Source of the DNA: a virus
Virus record (IMG/VR): IMGVR_UViG_3300027861_000020
Length of the DNA stretch: 64,000 bases
Direction: 5' to 3' (one strand)
In this document: one piece after another, positions 45,319 to 54,430 of the stretch
Position numbering within the stretch: position 1 is the first letter of the stretch
Layout: each line of letters opens with the position of its first letter
Position numbers and translations under genes: made by a program
Notes under the pieces: generated by a model
Seen by the model: only the letters and a program-made list of their open reading frames with translations
Told to the model about the DNA's origin: nothing
Database searches by the model: none

Positions 45319-45507
45319 ATGAATAAAGATAAAGAATTTGAAGCATGGAAAAAAGAGAAATTAGATTATATAGATGGACTATGTAATCCTAAAGTTGGGG
45401 ATCTAGTAGAAGTTATGATAGATTATGCTTATACAGCAGGTGCCAATAAAGGCGTTAAAGATTCTGTAAAAAATATGAAAAAGCTATTGGAGGAATATAA
45501 TGGCTGA
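45319..45507 (+). CDS. hypothetical protein
   Basis: 62 aa, SD AAAAGGTTTAATTATG. Confidence 0.5.
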   Translation: MNKDKEFEAWKKEKLDYIDGLCNPKVGDLVEVMIDYAYTAGANKGVKDSVKNMKKLLEEYNG

Positions 45508-45736
45508 TAGAAAAAAACAAATAAGAATATTTAATAACACCTTTTCAATTACTTCTAAACCTTTAATGAGGGATGGTAAACAATTAGGATGGGAAATAAC
45601 TATTATTCTATATAAAGATAATGAGAAAATAAAAGAAACTTATCAGGACTTTGCTAAAGATGTTGTTTATGCAGAAGAGGCAAGTTTTGGATATTTTCTT
45701 GGAACTCATTGCGAAGGGGGTATATTTTGGAATTAG
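45500..45736 (+). CDS. hypothetical protein
   Basis: 78 aa ORF overlapping previous by 8 nt. Confidence 0.5.
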   Translation: MADRKKQIRIFNNTFSITSKPLMRDGKQLGWEITIILYKDNEKIKETYQDFAKDVVYAEEASFGYFLGTHCEGGIFWN

Positions 45737-45993
45737 AATTTGAATGTCCTAAATGTTCTGGAACAGAACTGATACAAAAATGCAAAACCTATAAGTATAT
45801 TCCTGTTTCTCAAATAATAGATGATGGAAGTAAATTTGGAGATGTAGAATTTGATTATGCTAATATGACAGAAGATGATCTTGAACCTATAGTTTTTTGT
45901 TGCGGTTGTTGTGGACATGAATTAGTAGATGCGATAGGCGAAGAAATATGGGATATATCGGATATACCTAATTGGGTTAAAGAGAATTGTTAA
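45727..45993 (+). CDS. zinc-ribbon protein (probable TTG start)
   Basis: CPKCSG...CCGCCGHE; SD GAAGGGGG 8 nt before TTG. Confidence 0.45.
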   Translation: MELEFECPKCSGTELIQKCKTYKYIPVSQIIDDGSKFGDVEFDYANMTEDDLEPIVFCCGCCGHELVDAIGEEIWDISDIPNWVKENC

Positions 45994-46057
45994 TTTTCCA
46001 GCATTTTAAATCTTATTCATTGTAAAATTGTTAATAATAATTTTGAAAGGAATAACA

Positions 46058-46771
46058 ATGAATGATAGACTAAAATTTTATGTAGAATTCCCAATAGCTC
46101 AAACATGGGAAGAGGCTGTTAAATGTATCATAGATGGCGGTTCTTGTCATCAAGAAGATTCTAACGATTGGCCTAACTGCGGAGGCTTTGATGATTTGAT
46201 AGTTTTTCTTGAAAATTTCCCAGAAGAAGAAAAAGATGAATTTGATTTCTCTCTTTTTGATGTTCATATGGTTCCAAAAGGGGAAGAAGATGCTATCGCA
46301 GAGCCTTTTAAGGTCGGAGAAATGGTATGGTCATCTAAGGACATTGAAAGAGTTGCTTTGGATAATCCTGTTTACGCAGGGACGGGACTTAAAATCGAAA
46401 GAATATGTATCGATGGAACTCTGATTTTTGAAAAATCTTTCAAGTCAAATGGAAAAGACATTAAACTTGGTTTTAATCCTCAAAATTTTATCAGGGATGG
46501 AAAAGAAGAAAAAGAAGATAAGAAAGTCTATATTCTAGTTGATACATCAGAAGGTAATCTGGATATGGATTCTACTTTTACTTCTATGACTTCTCTTAAG
46601 AACTTTGTAGATGATAATAAGATTCTTTGGTCTGATGAAGATGATTTTGAAGAGATTTTGGATTCATTAGGTATTTTAAATGATTATTCTGGAACTAATT
46701 GGGATTATGAAGGAGTCCATAAGGTTACTGGAGAAGTTGTTTATGCAGTCCAAATATCTTTTCTAAAGTAA
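46058..46771 (+). CDS. hypothetical acidic protein
   Basis: 237 aa; cassette at 45994, SD GAAAGGAATAACAATG. Confidence 0.65.
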   Translation: MNDRLKFYVEFPIAQTWEEAVKCIIDGGSCHQEDSNDWPNCGGFDDLIVFLENFPEEEKDEFDFSLFDVHMVPKGEEDAIAEPFKVGEMVWSSKDIERVALDNPVYAGTGLKIERICIDGTLIFEKSFKSNGKDIKLGFNPQNFIRDGKEEKEDKKVYILVDTSEGNLDMDSTFTSMTSLKNFVDDNKILWSDEDDFEEILDSLGILNDYSGTNWDYEGVHKVTGEVVYAVQISFLK

Positions 46772-46838
46772 TTTTCCAGCATTTTAATTATTATTATCAT
46801 TATAATTGTTAATAATAAACTTTTTAAGGGTAATAAAA

Positions 46839-47024
46839 ATGAATAATAAAGAAAAAGCTCAAAAATTATGGGCTGAACTTGAAAATATTCCAATAAATGA
46901 ATATGAAGAAATAGATATAGATTGGAATAATTTCGATAAAGGAACTCATATTCAAGATATATGGCATTGGTTTGAAGAAAAATTCGATATATCAGTTGCT
47001 AAAGATTTAATGAAAATTATTTAA
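46839..47024 (+). CDS. hypothetical protein
   Basis: 61 aa; cassette at 46772. Confidence 0.5.
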   Translation: MNNKEKAQKLWAELENIPINEYEEIDIDWNNFDKGTHIQDIWHWFEEKFDISVAKDLMKII

Positions 47025-47186
47025 TAATAAAGGATATTTTTCTTGATTCGTATAATATATAATTATTAGATACTTGAATCCGATAATTAAGTATCAGTAA
47101 TTTATATATTATAGAGTAATTTTCTTTCCTTTAGTCGGATTCAGGATTGATTTTTGCTCTTTTTTTTCGCGAATAAGGAGAATACA

Positions 47187-48014
47187 ATGAAAAAAGAGAA
47201 TCCGACTATTAAATGTGCTTGTGGATGTGGAGAAGAGTTTAAACTTTATAGTAAATGGGGGAAAAAAAGAAAATATGTAAGTGGGCATAATAGAAGATTA
47301 AATAAGAAACAATCGATTATTAAATGCGATTGTGGATGTGGAGAAGAACTAGAACTTTACGATATAGAGGGAAGAAAACGTAGATATATAAATGGGCATA
47401 ATAATAGAAAATACGATGATCCTAACCAACATAAAAGAGAATGGAATAAAAGAAATAAGAAAAAAAGATATGAAACAAAAAATAATAGATTATTTAGAAT
47501 TAAGTCAGAGTTAATAACTAAAAAAGGAGGATGTTGTTTAGAATGTAAAATTAAATATAATGGAGTTAATTCTAATATATTTGATTTTCATCATGTTAAT
47601 CCTGAAGAAAAACTTTTTAATATAATGCAGGGTCTTAATTGTAAAAGACTAGAAGATGTGTATAAAGAAATAAAAAAATGTATATTATTATGTTCAAATT
47701 GCCATAGGATAAAGCATCATAAATTTATTTTTGATGGTAAAATATACAAAGAAGTTCATATAATAAGAGAAAATTTAATCTTAGAAGCAGGAGATTGCTG
47801 TTCTAAGTGCAAAATTAAACGTAATGAATATAATTCAAGTATATTTGATTTCCATCATACCACCCCCGAAAACAAAAAATTTCAATTAAGTAAAAGCGGT
47901 ATTGCATACAAAAGCATAAAAGATATTAATTTAGAATTTAAAAAATGTATATTATTATGCTCAAATTGTCATCGGATAATAAAACATTCAGAAATCCAGC
48001 AAAAATCAAAATAA
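47187..48014 (+). CDS. tandem-HNH endonuclease-like protein
   Basis: 275 aa; N-terminal CACGCG/CDCGCG zinc knuckles then two repeats FDFHH..NP(E)..N...CILLCSNCHRIKHH (HNH signature); SD AAGGAGAATACAATG. Confidence 0.75.
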   Translation: MKKENPTIKCACGCGEEFKLYSKWGKKRKYVSGHNRRLNKKQSIIKCDCGCGEELELYDIEGRKRRYINGHNNRKYDDPNQHKREWNKRNKKKRYETKNNRLFRIKSELITKKGGCCLECKIKYNGVNSNIFDFHHVNPEEKLFNIMQGLNCKRLEDVYKEIKKCILLCSNCHRIKHHKFIFDGKIYKEVHIIRENLILEAGDCCSKCKIKRNEYNSSIFDFHHTTPENKKFQLSKSGIAYKSIKDINLEFKKCILLCSNCHRIIKHSEIQQKSK

Positions 48015-48055
48015 TAATTAAGTTATTATAATAATAATTTTAATCAGGAGAATTT

Positions 48056-49303
48056 ATGATATACTTTGTAAACAATGAAAATAAAAAGCCTATTAAGTCT
48101 TGGTGCGAGCATGTAGAGCCTGAGGCTATGGCACAAGCCAGTAATCTTGCTAACCTACCATTTCTATATAAATGGGTCGTGCTAGAGCCGGATTGCCACC
48201 TAGGATACGGAATGCCTATAGGAGGAGTTATAGCGTTAGAAAATGCAGTAATTCCTAACGCGGTTGGCGTGGATATTGGATGTGGGATGTCCTGTTTCAA
48301 AACTTCTATAAAATCTAATAATATTTCTAAGCAACAACTAAGAAGTATTATAGAAGAAGTTAAGAAACAAATTCCTCTAGGAATGAGCCACCATTCTCAT
48401 AGTTCTAAGCAATTCAAAGAAAATTTTAAGTATTTTGAAAGAATTGAAGAGAGAATTACGCAGAAACAGTATGCGAGATTTTTTAATATTTTTGGAAAAG
48501 GAAAAACCAAAAAGGAATTGAACAAATATTTTTCTGAAAGTCTTGGTACACTGGGTGGCGGAAATCATTTTATTGAGGTACAAACAGATGAAGAAGATAA
48601 TATTTGGCTAATGATACATTCTGGATCTAGAAATGTTGGTTATAAAGTAGCTAATTATTATCATAAAAAGGCTTTGGAATTAAATAAGAAATGGCACTCA
48701 AATATTTCTAATGATGATTTAGCTTTTTTACCATCAGATTCAGAAGAAGGCATACATTATATTAAAGATATGAATTTTGCTTTGAAATATGCGGAAGAAA
48801 ATAGACGTTTAATAATGGAATCTTTTAAATCTTCTATTACTAAAGTTTTAGGAGATGTAGAGTTTAAAGATGAGATAAATATACATCATAATTTTGCGGC
48901 ATTAGAGAATCATTATGGTAAGAATGTATGGGTACACCGAAAAGGAGCTACATCAGCTAAAAAAGGTCAATTAGGTATTATTCCTGGTTCTATGGGAACT
49001 GCATCTTATATTGTTAAAGGTCTTGGAAATCCAGAATCATTTATGAGTTGTTCTCATGGAGCAGGTCGTATAATGGGTAGAAAACAGGCATCTATATCTT
49101 TAGGCAAGCAAGAATGCGAAAACTCTATGCAGGGTATTGTTTATGATGGTTTTCAAATGATTAAAGATAGAAAAGGTAAAGAGATGTTAGACTTGGGCGA
49201 AGCTCCAATGGCGTATAAGAATATCGATAATGTCATTAAATCAGAATCAGACTTAATAGAGCCTGTTGTTAGGTTAAGACCTTTAGCAGTTATTAAAGGA
49301 TAA
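48056..49303 (+). CDS. rtcB: RtcB-family RNA 3'-phosphate/2',3'-cyclic-phosphate ligase
   Basis: 415 aa; all RtcB signature motifs: GVDIGCGM, GGGNHFIE, HSGSRNVG, NIHHNF, SCSHGAGR; SD AGGAGAATTTATG. Confidence 0.9.
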   Translation: MIYFVNNENKKPIKSWCEHVEPEAMAQASNLANLPFLYKWVVLEPDCHLGYGMPIGGVIALENAVIPNAVGVDIGCGMSCFKTSIKSNNISKQQLRSIIEEVKKQIPLGMSHHSHSSKQFKENFKYFERIEERITQKQYARFFNIFGKGKTKKELNKYFSESLGTLGGGNHFIEVQTDEEDNIWLMIHSGSRNVGYKVANYYHKKALELNKKWHSNISNDDLAFLPSDSEEGIHYIKDMNFALKYAEENRRLIMESFKSSITKVLGDVEFKDEINIHHNFAALENHYGKNVWVHRKGATSAKKGQLGIIPGSMGTASYIVKGLGNPESFMSCSHGAGRIMGRKQASISLGKQECENSMQGIVYDGFQMIKDRKGKEMLDLGEAPMAYKNIDNVIKSESDLIEPVVRLRPLAVIKG

Positions 49304-49369
49304 TTTTCCAGCAATAAATAAATTATTTTCTTTATAATTGTTAATGATAATTATAGAAAGGTTATAAAA

Positions 49370-49642
49370 ATGGAAATAATGATAATGGTTCTTTTGGGTA
49401 TTTTTTGGACATGTTTTTTGGTCTTTGTTTGTTTTTGGGATGGATATGAACCTAAACAAAAACAAATAAAAGAAAAACAATATTATTGTGAACGATGTGG
49501 AGCTAAATCAACTTTTAGACCTAATTTAGTAGATAAAGATATAATTCTTTTTTCTATCTGTACTCGTTGTGAAGAAGAGATTGAAGATAGAGTAAGAGAA
49601 GAAGTAAGGCAAGAGATTATTGATAGTATTTCCAGCAAGTAA
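49370..49642 (+). CDS. membrane-anchored zinc-ribbon protein
   Basis: 90 aa; cassette at 49304; TM then CERCG...CTRCE. Confidence 0.55.
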   Translation: MEIMIMVLLGIFWTCFLVFVCFWDGYEPKQKQIKEKQYYCERCGAKSTFRPNLVDKDIILFSICTRCEEEIEDRVREEVRQEIIDSISSK

Positions 49643-49692
49643 AATTTTATTTATTGTATGATTGTTAATAATAATTATTTAAGGAATAGAAA

Positions 49693-50031
49693 ATGAATAC
49701 GACAATAATACTTAATAGAGAAGATGTTAATAATCCTCTTCATCCTAATCTTTGGGAAGACTTTATGGATACTTTGGGTCTGGATCATGAAACAACAGAA
49801 GTTTGTCTTGAAAAATCTAAACATGATGATAATAAAGTAATTAAAACTAAAAAGTTTAAAGTTGGGGATTGTGTTACCCTTTCAAATAATACAACCCTTG
49901 TCTGCGGGACAATTACAGCAATTGATTTTAATGGAGAACAAAATACTTATTATGTTGAATGGGATGATGTTCTTCATTATGGAGGAAGCATCACCGAAAA
50001 CTGGTATGATGAAGATGATTTAAAAATATAA
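49693..50031 (+). CDS. hypothetical protein
   Basis: 112 aa ORF, SD TTAAGGAATAGAAAATG. Confidence 0.55.
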   Translation: MNTTIILNREDVNNPLHPNLWEDFMDTLGLDHETTEVCLEKSKHDDNKVIKTKKFKVGDCVTLSNNTTLVCGTITAIDFNGEQNTYYVEWDDVLHYGGSITENWYDEDDLKI

Positions 50032-50060
50032 TGCTTGCTTGCTTTTTTTTGTTGCGGATA

Positions 50061-50088
50061 GCCCTTATCTTAATTGATAGGGGCTTTT
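50061..50088 (+). terminator. intrinsic terminator, conserved hairpin family
   Basis: GCCCTTATCTTAATTGATAGGGGC + TTTT. Confidence 0.55.
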
Positions 50089-50144
50089 CCAGCATTTTAT
50101 TCTTTAATTTCTTTATAATTGTTAATAAATTAAGGGATATAAAA

Positions 50145-50327
50145 ATGGCTAAAAGTAAAAAACAAAAAAAAATAGAAAAGACAATGAAGAAAAGGGCTGA
50201 AAGACCTGATATTATGAATATTAGGAAGTCTATGCCCTGTCCCACCGGAACTAAAGTTATTAAAGATAAGAAAAAAGAACAAAATAAAAAACAATGTCGA
50301 AATAAGGATATTAAGAATGAAGAATAG
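50145..50327 (+). CDS. basic small protein
   Basis: 60 aa from SD-supported ATG (track 50031 ORF is an upstream read-through of terminator+cassette). Confidence 0.5.
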   Translation: MAKSKKQKKIEKTMKKRAERPDIMNIRKSMPCPTGTKVIKDKKKEQNKKQCRNKDIKNEE

Positions 50328-50427
50328 AAAAGGTTTTCCAGATAAAAAAATACCTGAATAATTTTCCAGCAAATAGTATTTTATTATCATTATAATTGTT
50401 GATAATAAAGTTTTAAGGAATAAAAAG

Positions 50428-50622
50428 ATGGCAAAAAAGAAAAGTAAAAGAAGAAGAATTAGTAAAGATATTTTAGATTTAAGAAAACAATTTGAAATGG
50501 ATAATACAGATTCTGTTTTTGTATCACCAAAAGCATTAAAAGAAAAAGTACCTAATAGAAAAGAAAGAAAAGATTATTTAAGAGCAATAGTAAATGAATT
50601 TGATAGAATGTTAGCTGTTTAA
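50428..50622 (+). CDS. basic small protein
   Basis: 64 aa; cassette at 50362, SD TTAAGGAATAAAAAGATG. Confidence 0.5.
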   Translation: MAKKKSKRRRISKDILDLRKQFEMDNTDSVFVSPKALKEKVPNRKERKDYLRAIVNEFDRMLAV

Positions 50623-50629
50623 TTGATAT

Positions 50630-50765
50630 ATGGGTATAGCTCAGTCAGGTTAGAGCGTTCGTTTGACATCCTTAACGTATTTACTAGTAATACGGGAAGC
50701 GTACCATTTAGGATCCTTTGGTACGAGTTGGCGAAAGGTCGCAAGTTCGAATCTTGCTACTCATT
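50630..50765 (+). tRNA. tRNA gene (anticodon region GAC, Val?) carrying a 61-nt insertion in the anticodon loop
   Basis: hand fold: acceptor ATGGGTA/TACTCAT, U8A9, D-arm GCTC-AGTCAGGTTA-GAGC, anticodon stem TTCGT/GCGAA split by 50669-50729, variable AGGTC, T-arm GCAAG-TTCGAAT-CTTGC, discriminator T. Confidence 0.6.
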
Positions 50766-50942
50766 GCTTTTATTGTAGATACTAAATGTATTGAATAACG
50801 AGGCATCATAGTCGTAAGGACTAAAATCTATCCACGCCTACAATCCGAAAGGAAGAGAATAAAAGGGGTAGTTATATTAAGATTTTCCAGCAAATAAGAT
50901 TTTATTATCTTTATAATTGTTAATAATTTAAGGAATAAAAAA

Positions 50943-51068
50943 ATGATAGTTAATTGGGAAAATAGATGTCTTATATGTGATTATATATGGGATTCTGAAT
51001 CATGCACCGAATCATGTCCAGAATGTGGAGAAACAGATGATATTTATTCAGAAGAGGTAGAAGAATAA
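50943..51068 (+). CDS. zinc-ribbon peptide (41 aa)
   Basis: cassette at 50883; CLIC...CPEC. Confidence 0.45.
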   Translation: MIVNWENRCLICDYIWDSESCTESCPECGETDDIYSEEVEE

Positions 51069-51151
51069 TTTTCCAGCAAGTAAGAAAATAATTCGATAAG
51101 TAATATAAGTAAGTAATTTAATTAAGTTAATATTTTTTAAGGAAGAAAAGA

Positions 51152-51301
51152 ATGACCAGAGTATGTCCAGTATGTAAAAGACCTTGTAATGATTATAATG
51201 CAGATTATTGCCTTTGTGGGGCTGATTTGCCTGACCCTAAGTTTGCTTCAAGAGATAATAGCAATTTTAGGTCTAGGGATGATAATTATGATGATTATTG
51301 A
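51152..51301 (+). CDS. Cys-rich small protein (49 aa)
   Basis: SD TTAAGGAAGAAAAGAATG; CPVCKRPC...CLCG. Confidence 0.45.
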   Translation: MTRVCPVCKRPCNDYNADYCLCGADLPDPKFASRDNSNFRSRDDNYDDY

Positions 51302-51345
51302 CTATGTCCTATTTATTAAGGGTTAAATAGAGTATAATAGATGAA

Positions 51346-51390
51346 TTTAATAAAGGAGGAAATACGACCTATAATGGCTATTTCCTCCGC
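51346..51390 (+). terminator. intrinsic terminator
   Basis: GGAGGAAATACGACCTATAATGGCTATTTCCTCC...CCCTTTTTT. Confidence 0.55.
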
Positions 51391-51410
51391 CCTTTTTTAA
51401 GGATAATAAA

Positions 51411-51620
51411 ATGGCTTGTCAAAATTGTGAAGTTTGCGAGTATAAAAATCTTGAAACAGGAGATAAAGAAGAAGGCTTTTGTTATATGTTTAAAGATAAA
51501 CCAGATGGAAAATGTGGACAATTCTCACCGATAGCTCCACCACTTCCTATTGCAATGGCTCCACCACCGAATCAAAAAAAAATTCAAGCAATAATATTGA
51601 ATCTGTTAAGAAGGCGATAA
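51411..51620 (+). CDS. Cys-rich small protein
   Basis: 69 aa, follows terminator at 51346; SD TAAGGATAATAAAATG. Confidence 0.5.
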   Translation: MACQNCEVCEYKNLETGDKEEGFCYMFKDKPDGKCGQFSPIAPPLPIAMAPPPNQKKIQAIILNLLRRR

Positions 51621-51684
51621 TTTTCCAGCAAATAAATTTTTATTTTCTTTATAATTGTTAATAAATTTTTTAAGGAATAATAAA

Positions 51685-52008
51685 ATGAGTTTTGATCTAA
51701 TGGAAACAGTAAAAATCCCTAGCGATATGTCTAAAAGAGAATTTTTTGTCACCGATACATGTATGTTTGTTCTTATAACAGGACTAAATGAACGTAATCA
51801 GATTTGCGTATTTGATGATGATTTAACAGACAAAGCTAGAGAGTATGCAGATGAAAATACTCCAGAATTAAATGTTTCATATTCAAACAGGGATAAGTTT
51901 GGTTTTGTAAACAAAGAGAGAATAGAATACTGGAGTAAATTATTCCACTTCTTTATCTGGGAATGGCTAGAAAAGAATAATACAATTTGTTTTATGAAAA
52001 GTCCATAA
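51685..52008 (+). CDS. hypothetical protein
   Basis: 107 aa; long-form cassette at 51621. Confidence 0.6.
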   Translation: MSFDLMETVKIPSDMSKREFFVTDTCMFVLITGLNERNQICVFDDDLTDKAREYADENTPELNVSYSNRDKFGFVNKERIEYWSKLFHFFIWEWLEKNNTICFMKSP

Positions 52009-52026
52009 TCTTTTTAAGGGGAAATA

Positions 52027-52245
52027 ATGATATTAGATAAAATAATAACTAAAATAATAACTATAATAATGGCTATTGTATGGACTTTTGGGGCTGTTTT
52101 TTATATAGGGGCAGGGATTGTAGTTGCTAAAACAGCTAGTACAAGTTGTTTATTCATAATCTTCGGGGGATTCTGTATATTAGGGGGAGTTCTTATCTTG
52201 TTTATGACAGTAGCAATGTTAATAGAGAATTTTTCCAGCAAATAA
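52027..52245 (+). CDS. small membrane protein
   Basis: 72 aa, 2 TM, SD TAAGGGGAAATAATG. Confidence 0.5.
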   Translation: MILDKIITKIITIIMAIVWTFGAVFYIGAGIVVAKTASTSCLFIIFGGFCILGGVLILFMTVAMLIENFSSK

Positions 52246-52296
52246 ACTTTTATTTTCTTCATAATTGTTAATAATAAACTTTTTAAGGAATAAAAA
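52231..52296 (+). promoter_or_regulatory. long-form cassette (near-identical ~66-bp block)
   Basis: TTTTCCAGCAAATAAACTTTTATTTTCTTCATAATTGTTAATAATAAACTTTTTAAGGAATAAAAA. Confidence 0.6.
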
Positions 52297-52656
52297 ATGT
52301 TGACAATTAAAAAGAATAATCCAAAAACATTAAGAGAAAAACTAGAAAGTTTTAATATGTCGTTTGTTAGTATGACGACCATTGAAGAATGCGTAAATGC
52401 TTTTGATAAATATGAAAAACTTCCGCAAGCAACAAAAGATTCGGTTCAAGTAATTGCCGATATGTATAATCTTTTCTTTACTTTCGCACAAAAGCGAAAC
52501 AAGATGATGCTTGTCGGAATAGGCCAACCATATATAAGGGACGTTTATCTTTTTCCAGATGAAAAACTTGACAATTCTCAAAAATTCTTAAAGAATGCTC
52601 CCCAGTATATCTTGAATCCATTCGCTAGAAATAAGCTAGAGAAAATAGAGGACTAA
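52297..52656 (+). CDS. hypothetical protein
   Basis: 119 aa; long-form cassette at 52231. Confidence 0.6.
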   Translation: MLTIKKNNPKTLREKLESFNMSFVSMTTIEECVNAFDKYEKLPQATKDSVQVIADMYNLFFTFAQKRNKMMLVGIGQPYIRDVYLFPDEKLDNSQKFLKNAPQYILNPFARNKLEKIED

Positions 52657-52720
52657 TTTTCCAGCATTATAAGCTTTATTCTCTTTATAATTGTTAATAA
52701 TAAACTTTAAGGAATAAAAA

Positions 52721-53011
52721 ATGAGTTTAGATGTAAACAACGAAAAGCAATGGAAAGCTATAAATATAGATAATTCTGATTATGTTGGTATTATCGAAAT
52801 AAATGATTCTGTTTTTGAGATTGTCAAAACAGATAAACATCTGGTTTTTGGTTCGTCTACAAATATCGGATTATTGCAGTCTGGTTATATGGAAATAGAT
52901 GATTATTTCAGTATAGATGAAAATTTGCAAGCCCTTATTGAAAATATAGAAGTTTTTTATAGTTCCGGTTCATTATATGCGGTAGATATTGTATGCAATG
53001 AACGTATGTAG
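52721..53011 (+). CDS. hypothetical protein
   Basis: 96 aa; cassette at 52657. Confidence 0.55.
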   Translation: MSLDVNNEKQWKAINIDNSDYVGIIEINDSVFEIVKTDKHLVFGSSTNIGLLQSGYMEIDDYFSIDENLQALIENIEVFYSSGSLYAVDIVCNERM

Positions 53012-53080
53012 AATTTTCCAGCAAAGTAAGTCTAATTTTCTTTATAATTGTTAATAATAATAACTTTTAAGGAATTAAAA

Positions 53081-53761
53081 ATGCAGACAAAAACAGCAAC
53101 AACAAAAACAGTCAAGACAACAAAAACAGTTAAGCCAGTAGTTATTACAGACCAGAATGCTTTGCTTGCTATGCTGTTAAGGACTAACGGGGCTACTTTT
53201 GTCCAGTTAGAAACCGTAACAGAGCCAAAAATGAACAAAAGAGGTAATCCTTATCTTGATAACATCGAAATCGTTGCTAATAGCAATGTAATGATTGGAA
53301 TGTCTTACGAGAATGTCGTCAATAACGCAAGAGTTAGGGATGCAATCGCAGAAGCTGAACAAGAGGGAATTGATAAAGAAACTCTTAATTCTGTAATGGC
53401 TTTTCTGGGAACATCAGTTGCCGACTATGTAGAGGATTTTACTCCTAAAGAACATCGTTGGGCTGACCATGCAAAAACTGAGGACGGTAATATAAGCCGT
53501 ATTATCATGGAAAAAAGGTCGGATAGGTCTTGTAAGTATGTTCAGGTTTGGGTATTGAATACTAAGGATTATACTTATCGTTTTAAAGATTCTAAAAAAG
53601 AATTGAATGAGCAAGAAATCGAAATTATGAAAGATTTTATGCCTAAAAAGTCCAGTAATAAGGCTCATCAGGGCTTGAAAAAAGAAGTTAAAATCAGGGA
53701 TTATTCGATAGATAGCATTAAGGTTATTACTATGAATAAAACCCAGTATTTCATCAGGTAA
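53081..53761 (+). CDS. hypothetical protein
   Basis: 226 aa; cassette at 53014; Thr/Lys-rich N-terminus; GC-richer; terminator follows. Confidence 0.65.
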   Translation: MQTKTATTKTVKTTKTVKPVVITDQNALLAMLLRTNGATFVQLETVTEPKMNKRGNPYLDNIEIVANSNVMIGMSYENVVNNARVRDAIAEAEQEGIDKETLNSVMAFLGTSVADYVEDFTPKEHRWADHAKTEDGNISRIIMEKRSDRSCKYVQVWVLNTKDYTYRFKDSKKELNEQEIEIMKDFMPKKSSNKAHQGLKKEVKIRDYSIDSIKVITMNKTQYFIR

Positions 53762-53776
53762 TAAAAGATATTTAAA

Positions 53777-53806
53777 GCCCTTATCTTAATCGGTAAGGGC
53801 TTTTTT
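53777..53806 (+). terminator. intrinsic terminator, conserved hairpin family
   Basis: GCCCTTATCTTAATCGGTAAGGGC + TTTTTT. Confidence 0.6.
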
Positions 53807-53875
53807 ATTTTCCAGCGTTATAAACTTTATTCTCTTTATAATTGTTAATAGCAATAACTTTTAAGGAATAAAAAA

Positions 53876-54223
53876 ATGTCAAATATAAATGAAATGACAA
53901 TGAAGTTGTTAAGGCAGTATAAACTACAAGATGAATTCCTAATAACAGCTATGGCTGACCAGATGTTTGAAGAGCTTATATTACTTGTCGAGGGGCAAGA
54001 GGAAAAAGAGCTAAGAAATCTTTTTTATCATGGAGTCAGAGAAGACGTTAGCGAGTATTTTGACCTTGTTAATAGGTATGCCGTAATGGAATTGGGATAT
54101 GAATTATCTCAAGAGGAAGTAGATGCAATTGTATCTATATGCGATGGATATGATAAAGGTAATTGGGGGGAAGAACATCTACAAGTAGCCTTGTCTGATT
54201 ATAAACAGACTCTTAAAATGTAA
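53876..54223 (+). CDS. hypothetical acidic protein
   Basis: 115 aa; cassette at 53808. Confidence 0.6.
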   Translation: MSNINEMTMKLLRQYKLQDEFLITAMADQMFEELILLVEGQEEKELRNLFYHGVREDVSEYFDLVNRYAVMELGYELSQEEVDAIVSICDGYDKGNWGEEHLQVALSDYKQTLKM

Positions 54224-54430
54224 AAGGAATAATTTTCCAGCATTTTAAAGTTAATTAACAGTATAAGAGTAACGGACGTAAAACAGTTTCCTATTTATTA
54301 GGTTGCCGTACCATCGGGGCAGACCCGTACCGAGTATGACGGGATAGCCCGATATCGGGGCAATGAAGTTAAGCCCAAAATGGCTGTTTTTGTAGATAAT
54401 ATGTATCTAACAGCTAAACCCTATTAGGGA

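Noticed and set aside
50031-50144. 5' part of track ORF 50031-50327
   Set aside because: It reads through a terminator hairpin and the promoter cassette. The SD-supported ATG at 50145 is the plausible start.
50669-50729. Group I intron in the tRNA
   Set aside because: 61 nt is far too short for a group I core (P1-P9). I kept it as an unexplained non-group-I insertion.
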